Shown: positions 1-10,794 of the stretch, piece after piece
How positions within the stretch are numbered: position 1 is the stretch's first letter
How the letters are laid out: each line of letters begins with the position of its first letter
From: Gammaproteobacteria bacterium
GTDB lineage: Bacteria > Pseudomonadota > Gammaproteobacteria > Eutrophobiales > Eutrophobiaceae
Direction of reading: 5' to 3'
Length of the DNA stretch: 64,000 nt
Assembly: GCA_965220815.1 (NCBI GenBank)
Contig: OZ244846.1
Span: forward strand, 2,244,353 to 2,308,352
Notes under the pieces: generated by a model
What the model was told of the DNA's origin: nothing
What the model saw: only the letters and a program-made list of their open reading frames with translations
Database searches by the model: none
Translations under genes and position numbers: made by a program

Positions 1-82
1 CCATGAATTCATTTCATTTGCGATTTTTTTCAGGTCTGCGTAGAAGTATCTGTCCACAGGAATTTGCTCCATCGTTGGGTTG

Positions 83-307
83 CTACTCGGGAAAGCAGGT
101 GATTACATGTCCGCCACGGATACAGAAGGTGATTCCACCTTTCTTAATCTTAAAATTGGTATTACCAGCAATGTCAACTACCTGCCGCAATCTTGGTGTA
201 TTCAAGACATCTTCAAGATATTGGCGGAATCTTTCAGTATCGATTCCTTCGGCCCGTTCCATATATCGCAATAAGGCATGATCGGTGATTTTCATCGCTC
301 GTTTCAT
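83..307 (-). CDS. DUF4258-family small protein, 74 aa, putative toxin-like partner of the upstream XRE protein
   Basis: Intact ORF. The N-terminal motif ITDHALLRYMERAEGI resembles the DUF4258 signature (H-A-x-x-R-M-x-E-R-G-I). A 4-nt ATGA overlap couples it to the upstream gene. Locally AT-rich. Confidence 0.55.
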   Translation of the reverse strand: MKRAMKITDHALLRYMERAEGIDTERFRQYLEDVLNTPRLRQVVDIAGNTNFKIKKGGITFCIRGGHVITCFPE

Positions 308-1257
308 GACTCATCTCCTTTAATAAATTTCTCAAGGAGGTTCTCAAAACGCTCGCGTTCTTCCATAATCTCGCGGGTCTTGTCACTCAGCTTATTTTCA
401 AGCCAATCGATCCGCCTGTCCCTGGCCTGTTTTGCCATGAGTTCCCTGGGAATGTCAGATAGGCGTACATCGCCATGCTCCAAGGCCCATCGGGCATACT
501 TGGAATCGCCGGAGATTTCGTTTAGCTCGTTTCGGCAAATCTGGTAGGGTTCAGTTCCCCAGGGATCATCGGCAACACCAGAGCCGAAATCGACAATGCC
601 GGAGATTCCAAGATCTTTCGAAAATTTACATAAGTAATCCGCGAACGGCGTGACCTCGTACAAGGCTTCATCAGCAAAATCCAGGTTAGCGTCGTCCCTG
701 TTTCTCAACGTATCACCTCGGAGGTCAGCGGCCTCAATGGATTCTTTTTCAGCCCAGAAACCACACTCAATGTTTCCCTGATAATACGTAAAGTAAAGAT
801 GACTCCATTTTTTGCCAAACGCACTTAAACGGTCCATAGCCTCCTCTACCTCGTCAACGTACTGACGACGCCAGGCGAGACTGCCCTCGGCCAGCAACAC
901 GAAAAGGAGAGGCGCCAGATTAATGATATCCCTTTGGCTCGCACCGTAGCGATGCTTCACCAAATCGTATGCGAGCCGCACTTGAGGACTGGTCCTGGTA
1001 CCGAGTTGGATATCAGCATTCGTTTGAGGGACTGGCTGGACAGGATCAAGAGGTTTGTTACCAACAAGTATTTCCCTGTCAACTTTCAATGCACCGGCCA
1101 GCCGGATAACCGTATTTTCGCGTACAGTTACACTTGTCTTTGAGTCCTCGATACGCGCAATTTGCCTTGCTGAAACTTTCGAGTTATCGGCAAGTTTCTG
1201 TCGAGACCACCCTTTCTGGCCCCGCAATGCTTTCAGACATTCTGGGTTGATGTTCAT
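304..1257 (-). CDS. XRE-family helix-turn-helix protein with a ~230-aa C-terminal domain of unknown function, 317 aa
   Basis: The N-terminus (LRGQKGWSRQKLADNSKVSARQIARIE) is a classic HTH_XRE. The remainder has no recognisable HEXXH or other catalytic motif. Translationally coupled to the DUF4258 gene. Confidence 0.6.
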   Translation of the reverse strand: MNINPECLKALRGQKGWSRQKLADNSKVSARQIARIEDSKTSVTVRENTVIRLAGALKVDREILVGNKPLDPVQPVPQTNADIQLGTRTSPQVRLAYDLVKHRYGASQRDIINLAPLLFVLLAEGSLAWRRQYVDEVEEAMDRLSAFGKKWSHLYFTYYQGNIECGFWAEKESIEAADLRGDTLRNRDDANLDFADEALYEVTPFADYLCKFSKDLGISGIVDFGSGVADDPWGTEPYQICRNELNEISGDSKYARWALEHGDVRLSDIPRELMAKQARDRRIDWLENKLSDKTREIMEERERFENLLEKFIKGDES

Positions 1258-1344
1258 AAACTTACCTCAATTGTTGATATAAAGCTTTTCAGCCTTTTTA
1301 CTCGACACTGGGTAAATAATAACGCTATTTTTTCATAAAATAAT

Positions 1345-1362
1345 ATGACATTAATGTGTCAT
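1345..1362. promoter_or_regulatory. Inverted repeat ATGACA-TTAATG-TGTCAT in the AT-rich region upstream of the XRE-DUF4258 operon, candidate autoregulatory operator
   Basis: Palindrome seen directly in sequence, about 100 bp upstream of the XRE start at 1257. The surrounding 1258-1400 is very AT-rich and promoter-like. Confidence 0.3.
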
Positions 1363-1535
1363 TTCATCAATATTGTACTATTGATTATGCCATATCATGC
1401 CATTTAATAAAGACTAACTGCTCGTACTTCCATCTTAAATTGCAGACGACAGTCACGAAGGGCAAGTGGGCGGCTCAATGGCTTCTTCTCCCTGGACTTC
1501 AACATCCAGGAATATGCTTCGCCGGAACGAAGTGA

Positions 1536-1680
1536 ACCGTTACTTCGGATTACTCCAAAATCTGGATAAATCCGTCGCGGTTGGGCATTTTGACGTCGGC
1601 GAGGGTGTCGGCGTAGGGCCAGAAAGTGCCGATGGTTTTCTCCTGCCATTCGTCTGTGAGTTGCATGAGATACTTTATCT
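1536..1680 (-). pseudogene. Degenerate partial duplicate of the 3' end of the sorB cytochrome c gene, with an internal deletion of about 130 nt
   Basis: Nucleotides 1536-1590 are near-identical to 2350-2400 (TTACTTCGGATTA.TC.AAAATCTGGATAAA.CCGTCGCGGTTGGGCAT). Nucleotides 1610-1680 match 2540-2620 (GGCGTAGGGCCAGAA.GTGCCGATGGTTTT.TCC.GCCATTCGTC.GT.AG.TGCAT). The reverse translation gives MQLTDEW.EKTIGTFWPYA...MPNRDGFIQIL, which is the SorB C-terminus missing its middle. Confidence 0.6.
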
Positions 1681-1776
1681 TCATTATCAGGAGGGTGCGT
1701 TAGACTGGGTAGTCTGACCCGATACTATATGTGCATTGTGCGACCTGACCCCATTTGTGCACTATGAATTGATGTA

Positions 1777-2073
1777 TTACTGCTGGATATATCGCTGAAT
1801 ATCCAAAGCGCCGTGAAATACGCCAAGAATCTCAACCAGATCAGGTTTTACCAGATAAGCTATTCTGTAATGTCCATAAAGCAGAATGCGTATCTCGCCA
1901 TCGACTTCGTCTTTGTATTGATATCCTATCTTCGGAAAGACCTTAAGTACTTGTGCTTTCTCATATATTCCTTCAACTACCTTTTGGGCTGCAACAGGAT
2001 TATCTTCCGATATGTATTCATAAATATCCGACAACCATGCCGCCGCCTCTTCTGTCCATCTTATTTCTGCCAT
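1777..2073 (-). CDS. Type II toxin, RelE/ParE family, 98 aa
   Basis: Size, position downstream of a small antitoxin ORF with overlap, and RelE/ParE-like sequence (…RILLYGHYRIAYLVKPDLVEILGVFHGALD…). Confidence 0.75.
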   Translation of the reverse strand: MAEIRWTEEAAAWLSDIYEYISEDNPVAAQKVVEGIYEKAQVLKVFPKIGYQYKDEVDGEIRILLYGHYRIAYLVKPDLVEILGVFHGALDIQRYIQQ

Positions 2074-2246
2074 GCGCTTATCCTGCGCTTCATCTCCTCA
2101 TCTGAGATTGTTCTGCCTTCCCGAGAATCCTCCAGTCCCCTCGCGATCATTTGTTCAAATGCAAGCTCTCTGAGTATTTCATCGTAAGATGAGTCCTCCG
2201 GCTGAGCCTGGATTAGTTCAGTCATTCTTTCTTTTACAACGGACAT
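2061..2246 (-). CDS. Small antitoxin (addiction-module antidote family) paired with RelE/ParE, about 61 aa
   Basis: Small acidic ORF (MSVVKERMTELIQAQPEDSSYDEILRELAFEQMIARGLED…EEMKRRISAWQK) overlapping the toxin start. The track ORF extends to 2315, but the internal ATG at 2246 gives the typical size. Confidence 0.55.
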   Translation of the reverse strand: MSVVKERMTELIQAQPEDSSYDEILRELAFEQMIARGLEDSREGRTISDEEMKRRISAWQK

Positions 2247-2358
2247 GAATAATGGCTGTTCAGTTAGTGAGCACGGCTTCAATGAACTTGAAGTCTCATT
2301 ATAACGGAAAATCAAAAAACCATATAGCTTGTCCGTTGTTTGGAGCAGTTACTTCGGA

Positions 2359-2898
2359 TTAATCTAAAATCTGGATAAAACCGTCGCGGTTGGGCATCCT
2401 CACATCAGCAAGAGAGGCAGCGTTCATCTCCTGGTCTTCCGGGATGATCTCATTCAGGTAAAGCAGGTAGGCAGTGATCGCATACACTTCGGAGTCGGTC
2501 AGGTTGCCCGGTTGCATCATGGGCTTGGAGCGGCGGATGAAATCAAACAGGGTGGGGGCGTAGGGCCAGAAGGTGCCGATGGTTTTTTCCGGCCATTCGT
2601 CGGTAAGCTGCATTTGCGCGCCGGCAAGCTGGTCGCCGCTGTCACCGAGGCCGCCGGGGCCGTGGCAGGACAGGCACAACCTGTCATAGATAGCTCTGCC
2701 CTGCTCTGCCGTGCCGCTGCCTTCGGGGAGGCCGGCGCCGTTCGGCATGATGCCCCAGTCCTGGCTGCTGACGGCGCGGCTGTCCGCCGGCTCGCCCAGG
2801 TCCGGGCCGGGAGTTGGCTCACCGGCGCCGGGACTAATCCCAGTCAGCATCAATACTGACGTCAGTACCAGACTGCTTCTGTTCGGCATCATAAACAT
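2359..2898 (-). CDS. sorB: Sulfite dehydrogenase cytochrome c subunit (SorB-like monoheme cytochrome c)
   Basis: N-terminal signal peptide and a single CLSCHGPGG heme-binding motif. Lies immediately downstream of, and overlapping, the molybdopterin subunit gene. Start uncertain (several in-frame Met). Confidence 0.7.
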   Translation of the reverse strand: MFMMPNRSSLVLTSVLMLTGISPGAGEPTPGPDLGEPADSRAVSSQDWGIMPNGAGLPEGSGTAEQGRAIYDRLCLSCHGPGGLGDSGDQLAGAQMQLTDEWPEKTIGTFWPYAPTLFDFIRRSKPMMQPGNLTDSEVYAITAYLLYLNEIIPEDQEMNAASLADVRMPNRDGFIQILD

Positions 2899-4147
2899 GG
2901 GTCACGTCACCGTATTCATCCACGCTCCAGGTGACGATGGCGTTGTAATGGTAAAAACCCTGCCTGCCCCGTTCGGCAAGAAGTTGTTCCCGTTCCGGTT
3001 GCACATATCCCGTCTCGTCAACGGCCCTGCTTTGCAATATGGCCGGCGACCCGTCCCATTGCCAGGGTATGCGGAAACGGGTAAACGCCTTGGGCAGCAC
3101 CGGGTCCTGCAATTCCGCCGGCGCCCAGGTCTTGCCGCCGTCAGCGGAGACGTCCACCTGTTTTATCCGTCCCCGGCCGCTCCAGGCCAGGCCGGTGACC
3201 TGGTACAGTCCCGGCCCCTGTTTCAATACCATGCCGCCTGACGGAGAAGTGATCAGTGATTTTGCCTCCATGGTGAACGTGAACATACGCGCCTTGCCGG
3301 AGGGCAACAGTTCGGTGTACCGCGCCGTTTCGTTCCTTGCCATGATGGGTTTCTCCACGGCCTTCAACGCCCGCAACCATTTCACGTTCAATACGCCCTC
3401 CCAGCCCGGCAGGATCAGGCGCAACGGGTAGCCGTTCTCCGGTCTCAGGCGCTCGCCGTTCTGGTACAGGGCCAGGATTGCATCGTCCATGGCTTTTTCG
3501 ATAGGTACGCTGATATTCATGGCAAAGGCGTCCGCGCCGTCCGCAATCAACCATTTGGCTGATTCTTCGATACCTGCCTCTGCCAGTACGGTCGCCAGCG
3601 GCACGCCGGTCCACTCACTGCATGAAACCAGGCCGTGAAAATAGCCGGCCTCCGCACGGGAGGGGGTTTTATTCCAGCCCGCGTTGCTGTTGCCGCCGCA
3701 CTCGACAAAACAGATCTGTGAACGCATCGGGTAACGCAACAGGTTGTCGATGCTGAAAAATGCCGGTTGGCGCACCAGGCCGTGCACCAGCAGACGGTGT
3801 TCATCAGGATTGATTTGCGGCACCCCGTTATGGTGCCGTTCGTAATGCAGGCCGTTCGGGGTGATCATGCCTTCCAGCCGATGCAGCGGCGTCCAGGAGG
3901 CGCCGTTGTTGCGCAATACCCGGTTCGGCGCCGGATAACGGACTACATCCTCTTCAAATTGCGCCGGTTGTCCATAAGGCGTAAACGGCTCACCCGGTAC
4001 GCTCATCGACTCGGGTCTGGCCGCTGCAGCCTGAACGTTACCCGCCACCAGTTGGGCGGTCCCCAGCGCGACGCCGCCCTGCAGGAACAGGCGCCGGTCC
4101 AGCAGACCGTTGCCGGCAACGGGGGTCAAGGGCGGAATGTTTTTCAT
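2834..4147 (-). CDS. sorA: Sulfite:cytochrome c oxidoreductase molybdopterin subunit (SorA/SUOX family), Tat-secreted
   Basis: Twin-arginine motif RRLFLQGG at the N-terminus. Moco-binding sulfite oxidase family sequence and dimerisation domain over 437 aa. Confidence 0.85.
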   Translation of the reverse strand: MKNIPPLTPVAGNGLLDRRLFLQGGVALGTAQLVAGNVQAAAARPESMSVPGEPFTPYGQPAQFEEDVVRYPAPNRVLRNNGASWTPLHRLEGMITPNGLHYERHHNGVPQINPDEHRLLVHGLVRQPAFFSIDNLLRYPMRSQICFVECGGNSNAGWNKTPSRAEAGYFHGLVSCSEWTGVPLATVLAEAGIEESAKWLIADGADAFAMNISVPIEKAMDDAILALYQNGERLRPENGYPLRLILPGWEGVLNVKWLRALKAVEKPIMARNETARYTELLPSGKARMFTFTMEAKSLITSPSGGMVLKQGPGLYQVTGLAWSGRGRIKQVDVSADGGKTWAPAELQDPVLPKAFTRFRIPWQWDGSPAILQSRAVDETGYVQPEREQLLAERGRQGFYHYNAIVTWSVDEYGDVTHVYDAEQKQSGTDVSIDADWD

Positions 4148-4157
4148 GTCTTTAATG

Positions 4158-4274
4158 ATTTATCCGCAGATGACGCAGATTAACGCAGATAAAATAATAG
4201 TTATTATTTATCATAAATGTCGTTAATAAAATCTGAAAAAATATCTGCGCTAATCTGCGTCATCTGCGGATAAA
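4158..4274. repeat. 32-bp near-perfect inverted repeat (TTTATCCGCAGATGACGCAGATTAACGCAGAT / reverse complement, 31/32 matches) flanking a 52-bp AT-rich spacer, between the prmB stop and the sorA start
   Basis: Read directly. Each arm contains three GCAGAT/CGCAGAT submotifs. The spacer itself holds a mini-palindrome AAATAATAGTTATTATTT. Both flanking ORFs read into the arms and acquire the same DLSADDAD C-terminal artefact. Confidence 0.7.
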
Positions 4275-5137
4275 TCAACCTCGCTCGTTATAACAAAAAC
4301 ACCTTCCCCCCCATGCTCAAAGTCAAGCCAGATGAAAGGAGTACGGGGATATTTCGTCTCAAGCGCAGCGCGGCCGTTACCGACTTCCACTACCAGGATA
4401 CCGTGGGGCGTTAGATGCTCGTGGGCATTGAGCAATATATTATCTACCACGTCCAGGCCGGTGGCGCCCGCCGCCAGGGCAAGGGACGGTTCATGCCGGT
4501 ATTCAGCCGGCAATGCCGCCATTTCCCCATCGGTTACATACGGCGGATTGCAGACAATTATATCATACCTGCTGCCTCCCAATGCGCTGAACAGGTCTGA
4601 TTCGACCAGGTTTACCCGCTGTCCCAGGCCGTGTCTTTCACAATTGATGCGCGCCACTTCGAGCGCATCCGGACTGATGTCCGTTGCATCGACAATCGCG
4701 GTGGGAAAGGCCAGGGCACAGGCGACGGCAATACAACCGCTGCCGGCGCCCAGGTCCAGGATGCGCGTTACATCCGGGGCCTTAATCCAGGGTGAGAACC
4801 TGTCACGGACCAGTTCGGCAATGGGTGAGCGGGGGACTAGGACGCGCTCGTCCACGTAGAACGGCAGGCCGGCAAACCAGGCCTTGTTGAGCAGGTAGGC
4901 CGTGGGCTTCCTGGAGCTGATCCTTTCGTCCACCAGTGCCCTGATACGCTCCTGGTCAGTTGTGCTTAATTCTCCGTTCAATTGTTCCTGGTTAAGGTCA
5001 AACGGCAAGTCCAGCGCACCTAACACCAGGTATGCGGCCTCATCCAGGGCGTTATCGGCGCCGTGGCCGAAAAACAGGTCCGACCGGATAAACTGTTGCT
5101 CGGTCCAGTCAATAAGTTGTCGGGGGGTAGTAAACAT
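4250..5137 (-). CDS. prmB: Ribosomal protein L3 N5-glutamine methyltransferase (PrmB, HemK family)
   Basis: SAM-binding motif DLGAGSGCIAV and the NPPY catalytic motif (IIVCNPPYV). Length 295 aa. The C-terminal tail probably reads artefactually into the inverted repeat. Confidence 0.8.
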   Translation of the reverse strand: MFTTPRQLIDWTEQQFIRSDLFFGHGADNALDEAAYLVLGALDLPFDLNQEQLNGELSTTDQERIRALVDERISSRKPTAYLLNKAWFAGLPFYVDERVLVPRSPIAELVRDRFSPWIKAPDVTRILDLGAGSGCIAVACALAFPTAIVDATDISPDALEVARINCERHGLGQRVNLVESDLFSALGGSRYDIIVCNPPYVTDGEMAALPAEYRHEPSLALAAGATGLDVVDNILLNAHEHLTPHGILVVEVGNGRAALETKYPRTPFIWLDFEHGGEGVFVITSEVDLSADDAD

Positions 5138-5179
5138 GAAAACTTTGCATTACCTGTATAGAGCGCATACACTATCACA

Positions 5180-5251
5180 ATGGACGTTGAATGGGACCCG
5201 GCCAAGTACGGCTTATCTCTGCACGTCGTGCTACGAAACTTGAGCGTAATG
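5180..5251 (+). pseudogene. Remnant of a BrnT-type toxin gene (only about 24 codons, MDVEWDPAKYGL…)
   Basis: The N-terminus matches the BrnT start (xVWDxxK) but runs straight into the brnA reading frame. The toxin body is absent. Confidence 0.4.
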
Positions 5252-7070
<1,819 letters not shown>

Positions 7071-7236
7071 GTTGAAAAAGGAAAAGAGCATTACTTCAAA
7101 GAGCTACATTAAAAAAGGATTCACTATTACTGAAAACAGCCACGAACCGTGTCAGTACGAGCAAACGGGTAACGCTGGCCTTGTCTGCCGCCGGTCTGGC
7201 ATCCAGGCCTACATTAAGGAAATGGTGGATACGCTA

Positions 7237-7272
7237 TTGACTTTCAAGTGACTGGTCAGATATACTAGTCAC
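7237..7272 (+). promoter_or_regulatory. Putative sigma70 promoter (TTGACT, 18-bp spacer, TATACT) overlapping a GTGACT-N13-AGTCAC inverted repeat immediately upstream of phd
   Basis: Read directly. The palindrome abuts the ATG at 7273, consistent with antitoxin autoregulation and a short or leaderless mRNA. Confidence 0.4.
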
Positions 7273-7512
7273 ATGGAAACAATCAATGCATCTGACTTCA
7301 AGGCCCAGTGTCTGGCAATTCTCGACCGCGTGCAAACGACGGGTGAACGCGTGGTTATTTTGAAGCGCGGTCGCCCGGTTGCTGAATTATTGCCTGCGAG
7401 TCGAGCCCGTTCCGAATATCCGCAGTTGGAACTGGAGGGCACTGTCACGGTGCTGGGTGATATCATGGAACCGGTTGTTCCGGAAGAACATTGGGACAGT
7501 CTTCGTCAGTGA
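7273..7512 (+). CDS. Phd/YefM-family antitoxin, 79 aa
   Basis: Sequence METINASDFKAQCLAILDRV…ILKRGRPVAELLP is typical of Phd/YefM. Precedes and overlaps a PIN toxin gene. Confidence 0.8.
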   Translation: METINASDFKAQCLAILDRVQTTGERVVILKRGRPVAELLPASRARSEYPQLELEGTVTVLGDIMEPVVPEEHWDSLRQ

Positions 7513-7907
7513 GCGTTCTTCTTGATACACACGTGTTGCTCTGGTGGTTGAATGACCGTGCCCGACTCTCGGCAGCGCAACGGGATTTCGTTAATGCAGT
7601 CGATAGCAAATCCCCGTTGCTGGTATCCGACATCTCACTCTGGGAGGTAGCCATGTTGCATAGTCTGGGGCGTATCCAGCTGCTGATTCCATTACGAGAG
7701 TGGCTGGACAAGGCAGCAGCGCCGCCACTGGTGCAACGCTATGGCATCTCTCCTGCCATCGCGGCAGAAGTGGCCGCGCTACCTGCCTCGTTCCACAGAG
7801 ATCCGGCAGACCGGATCCTGGTCGCGACCGCCCGGGTTCTCGGCGTTACGCTCCTGACACAGGACCACAGGATCATCGACGCGGCGCTGGTCGATACCGT
7901 GAGTTAA
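7509..7907 (+). CDS. vapC: VapC-type PIN-domain toxin
   Basis: PIN acidic residues ([10 protein letters not shown]…, …LVATA…TQD). A GTG start at 7509 overlaps the phd stop (GTGA). The track's in-frame ATG at 7491 is the alternative. Confidence 0.75.
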   Translation: MSVLLDTHVLLWWLNDRARLSAAQRDFVNAVDSKSPLLVSDISLWEVAMLHSLGRIQLLIPLREWLDKAAAPPLVQRYGISPAIAAEVAALPASFHRDPADRILVATARVLGVTLLTQDHRIIDAALVDTVS

Positions 7908-7912
7908 CCCCA

Positions 7913-8974
7913 ATGTCAGGTAATACTATTGGAAAATTATTTACGGTAACCAGTTGTGGCGAGAGCCACGGCTACGGTTACCTGTGCATTGTCGACGGCT
8001 GCCCGCCGGGAATGGAACTGTGTGAATCGGACCTGCAGCATGATCTCGACCGGCGCAAGCCCGGCAAGTCCCGCCATGTCACCCAGCGCCGGGAGTCCGA
8101 CAAGGTGAAGATCCTGTCCGGCGTATTCGAAGGCAGGACGACGGGAACGCCGATCGGACTGCTGATTGAGAACGAAGACCAGCGCTCCAAAGATTATTCA
8201 GCGATCAAGGATAAGTTCCGTCCCGGTCACGCCGATTACACCTACTGGAAAAAATACGGTGTGCGGGATTACCGGGGCGGCGGCCGCGCCTCCGCCCGGG
8301 AGACCTGTATGCGGGTGGCAGCCGGCGCGATTGCCAAGAAATACCTGCATGAGCAGTTCGGCTGCCTCATACGCGGCTACCTGGCGCAACTGGGGCCGGT
8401 CAGCCTGGAGTTGAAGGATTGGAACGAGGTGGATAACAACCCGTTTTTCTGCCCGGATGCCGGCAAGGTCGAAACCCTGGAAAAGCTGATGGATGATTTG
8501 CGGAATTCGGGCGATTCCATCGGCGCGCGGGTGAACCTGGTCGCCACCGATGTCCCGGTGGGCCTGGGAGAGCCGATCTTCGACCGTCTCGATGCCGACA
8601 TCGCCAGGGCGCTGATGAGTATCAATGCCGTGAAGGGCGTGGAAATCGGCGACGGCTTCCGTGTGGTCGAGCAGCGCGGCACACAACACAGGGACGAGAT
8701 CAGCGCGAAGGGCTTCCTGTCCAACCACGCAGGCGGCACCCTGGGCGGCATCTCCAGCGGCCAGGATATCCTGGCGAGTATCGCGCTCAAACCGACGTCA
8801 AGTATCCGCATCCCCGGAAAGACCGTGGACATCCACGGCGATGAAACGGAGATCGCCACCACCGGACGCCACGATCCCTGTGTCGGCATCCGCGCCACGC
8901 CCATCGCTGAAGCGATGCTGGCGCTGGTGCTGATGGACCATGCACTCAGGCAGCGCGCGCAGAACCCGGATTGA
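7913..8974 (+). CDS. aroC: Chorismate synthase
   Basis: [20 protein letters not shown]… and full-length similarity to AroC. The start is the internal ATG of the longer track ORF (7700). Confidence 0.9.
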   Translation: MSGNTIGKLFTVTSCGESHGYGYLCIVDGCPPGMELCESDLQHDLDRRKPGKSRHVTQRRESDKVKILSGVFEGRTTGTPIGLLIENEDQRSKDYSAIKDKFRPGHADYTYWKKYGVRDYRGGGRASARETCMRVAAGAIAKKYLHEQFGCLIRGYLAQLGPVSLELKDWNEVDNNPFFCPDAGKVETLEKLMDDLRNSGDSIGARVNLVATDVPVGLGEPIFDRLDADIARALMSINAVKGVEIGDGFRVVEQRGTQHRDEISAKGFLSNHAGGTLGGISSGQDILASIALKPTSSIRIPGKTVDIHGDETEIATTGRHDPCVGIRATPIAEAMLALVLMDHALRQRAQNPD

Positions 8975-8987
8975 ATTACTTTCAGGT

Positions 8988-9008
8988 GACGGATTTGAAA
9001 TCCGTCCC
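8988..9008. repeat. Degenerate copy of REP family 2 (GACGGATTTGAAATCCGTCCC)
   Basis: Matches the core of GGGGACGGATTTAAATCCGTCCCC. Lies just after the aroC stop. Confidence 0.5.
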
Positions 9009-9021
9009 GGATTTCGGGGTC

Positions 9022-10794
9022 CTAACTTACAGGTTTTTCAAAAGTAATAACGATGTAATCTACGGATGGTTTCCTGCCGTCTTTCATACCGAAGCTAAAG
9101 GGCAATTCCGCCCAGCGGCCGGATTTGTTGTCGATATTACGCAAGGCCGCCAGTCCGCCGGCGTTCTCCAGGGTTTCCACGAACCAGGGGCAGACTACCT
9201 CACCGGCTTCCAGCAACTCGATAATAGTTTGGCGAGTCGCCAGGTCCGGCGCCCCGGGCACTGCCCGGAAGAGGTTGAAAAGTAATTTTTTGTGCCATCC
9301 TGTATACGCTTTTTCGTCCACTACGAAGCGGATCTGGCGCGGGGCCGCCATCTGCACAAAAGGCCAGAGAGTCCTGCGCAGACGTCTCCCCCTCATCAAC
9401 ACCCCACCCGTGTCGGGAAAATTCTTGAAGCCTTCCACTGTCAGGTGATACGTCTCGCCAAGCATCATGGTCATGAGCAGCCGCACCAGGGACTGCGGCA
9501 GTTTATACACCGTGTATACCGCTCCGCCCAGGGCAACAACCGTCAACAGCGGAAACAGCAGATTGCTGATACCCCTCATGGAAAACAGCACGGTCAGCAC
9601 CAGGAAGCTCAGCATTACCACGTTCTGGATGAGGCTGTTGCCCGCGAGTACCCTGCCCAGGATGCGTTCGCCCGCGTGGAACTGGATCAAGGCGTTGAGC
9701 GGGATGATGAACAGGCCGCTGAGCATGCCCAGCAGCAGGATATTGATGGCGTGGGCCGGTACGCTGTTGAGCCCCGGCAGGATGAACAGGCACACAGCCA
9801 CCCCTACCGCGCCGATCGGTATCAGGCCGATCTCGATATAGTTTTTCGAGATCCTGCCGGCGATAAGGGAGCCCAGCATGATGCCGATACCGGCGCAGGC
9901 CAGCGTGCCCTGGATAATCCTGACGTCGGTTACACCCAGGTTGTCTTTGGCAAAAGAAGGATACGCCGCCAGCAGCACCTGGCCGATAGACCACATAATT
10001 GCCAGCCCGATGATGGACAGCAATATCACCTCGCGGGACCTGACCGCGTTCAGGTTTTCGGCAAGGTAACGGCCGGTGCGGTATTTGACCCAGTCAAAGC
10101 GCAGGTTCTTGTCCGGTTCATGCACGGTGGGCAGGCGGCAGGACAGCATCAGCTCCACCAGCGCGCCGGCGATCAGGAACCAGCCGGTAGCCTTGATGGC
10201 GAGCATCACCTCCTCCTTGGTGGAAAAAACCACGTCGGCCAGGAACATCTCGAACGAGATTGAAAATGCGAAGGTGCCGGTGAGGATGGCGGTGGTTGTG
10301 GTTGCCTGCACCACGCCGTTGGCGCGCGCCAGCCGTTCCTTGCCGGCAATTTCCCTGATGTAGCCGTACTTCGCAGGTGAGTAAAACGCGCTTTGCACCG
10401 CCAGCAGGAACGTCATGGCAAACGCGGCCCAGAACCATCCCAGGTGGTAGAACAGGGTAATCAGGCTGGTGAGGACGACGGCGCCCCAGGCGGTGGTGCG
10501 CATCACCCTGTTTTTCGGGAACTTGTCCGCCAGGAAACCGGCGGGGGTGAACAGCAGGATGAACGGCAGCAGGATCAGGGCGTTGACGATGGCCGTCAGA
10601 ATAATCAGGGCATCGCCCTCGTAGGTCTTGAAAACGGTATTCTGTATGGTGATCTTGTGCCCCAGGTCCACGAAGGCGTTCAGGAACAGCATACAGACAT
10701 AGGGAAAAAAGCCCCGGATTTTGAACAGGTCACTCATGCCACTGTGGGGATAATGGGGTCCGTCCCCTGCAAGAAACTCATGTAAACGTTCCAC
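9022..10794 (-). CDS. MFS-family transporter (12 predicted TM helices, LplT-like) with a ~150-aa hydrophilic C-terminal extension
   Basis: Hydrophobic helices throughout residues 30-440. The C-terminal 150 aa are soluble and unassigned. The N-terminal start is uncertain. Confidence 0.6.
   Translation of the reverse strand: MERLHEFLAGDGPHYPHSGMSDLFKIRGFFPYVCMLFLNAFVDLGHKITIQNTVFKTYEGDALIILTAIVNALILLPFILLFTPAGFLADKFPKNRVMRTTAWGAVVLTSLITLFYHLGWFWAAFAMTFLLAVQSAFYSPAKYGYIREIAGKERLARANGVVQATTTTAILTGTFAFSISFEMFLADVVFSTKEEVMLAIKATGWFLIAGALVELMLSCRLPTVHEPDKNLRFDWVKYRTGRYLAENLNAVRSREVILLSIIGLAIMWSIGQVLLAAYPSFAKDNLGVTDVRIIQGTLACAGIGIMLGSLIAGRISKNYIEIGLIPIGAVGVAVCLFILPGLNSVPAHAINILLLGMLSGLFIIPLNALIQFHAGERILGRVLAGNSLIQNVVMLSFLVLTVLFSMRGISNLLFPLLTVVALGGAVYTVYKLPQSLVRLLMTMMLGETYHLTVEGFKNFPDTGGVLMRGRRLRRTLWPFVQMAAPRQIRFVVDEKAYTGWHKKLLFNLFRAVPGAPDLATRQTIIELLEAGEVVCPWFVETLENAGGLAALRNIDNKSGRWAELPFSFGMKDGRKPSVDYIVITFEKPVS

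Noticed and set aside
3-281. Plus-strand ORF at the window start
   Set aside because: No family resemblance. It overlaps the better-supported minus-strand DUF4258 gene, which is coupled to the XRE gene.
4148-4183. C-terminal DLSADDAD tails shared by prmB and the antisense ORF 3767..4183
   Set aside because: This is an artefact of both frames reading through the palindromic arms of the inverted repeat, not real conserved protein sequence.
7700-7912. N-terminal 71-aa extension of the aroC ORF
   Set aside because: The extension is Arg/Gly-rich and overlaps vapC. The conserved AroC N-terminus begins at the internal ATG at 7913.
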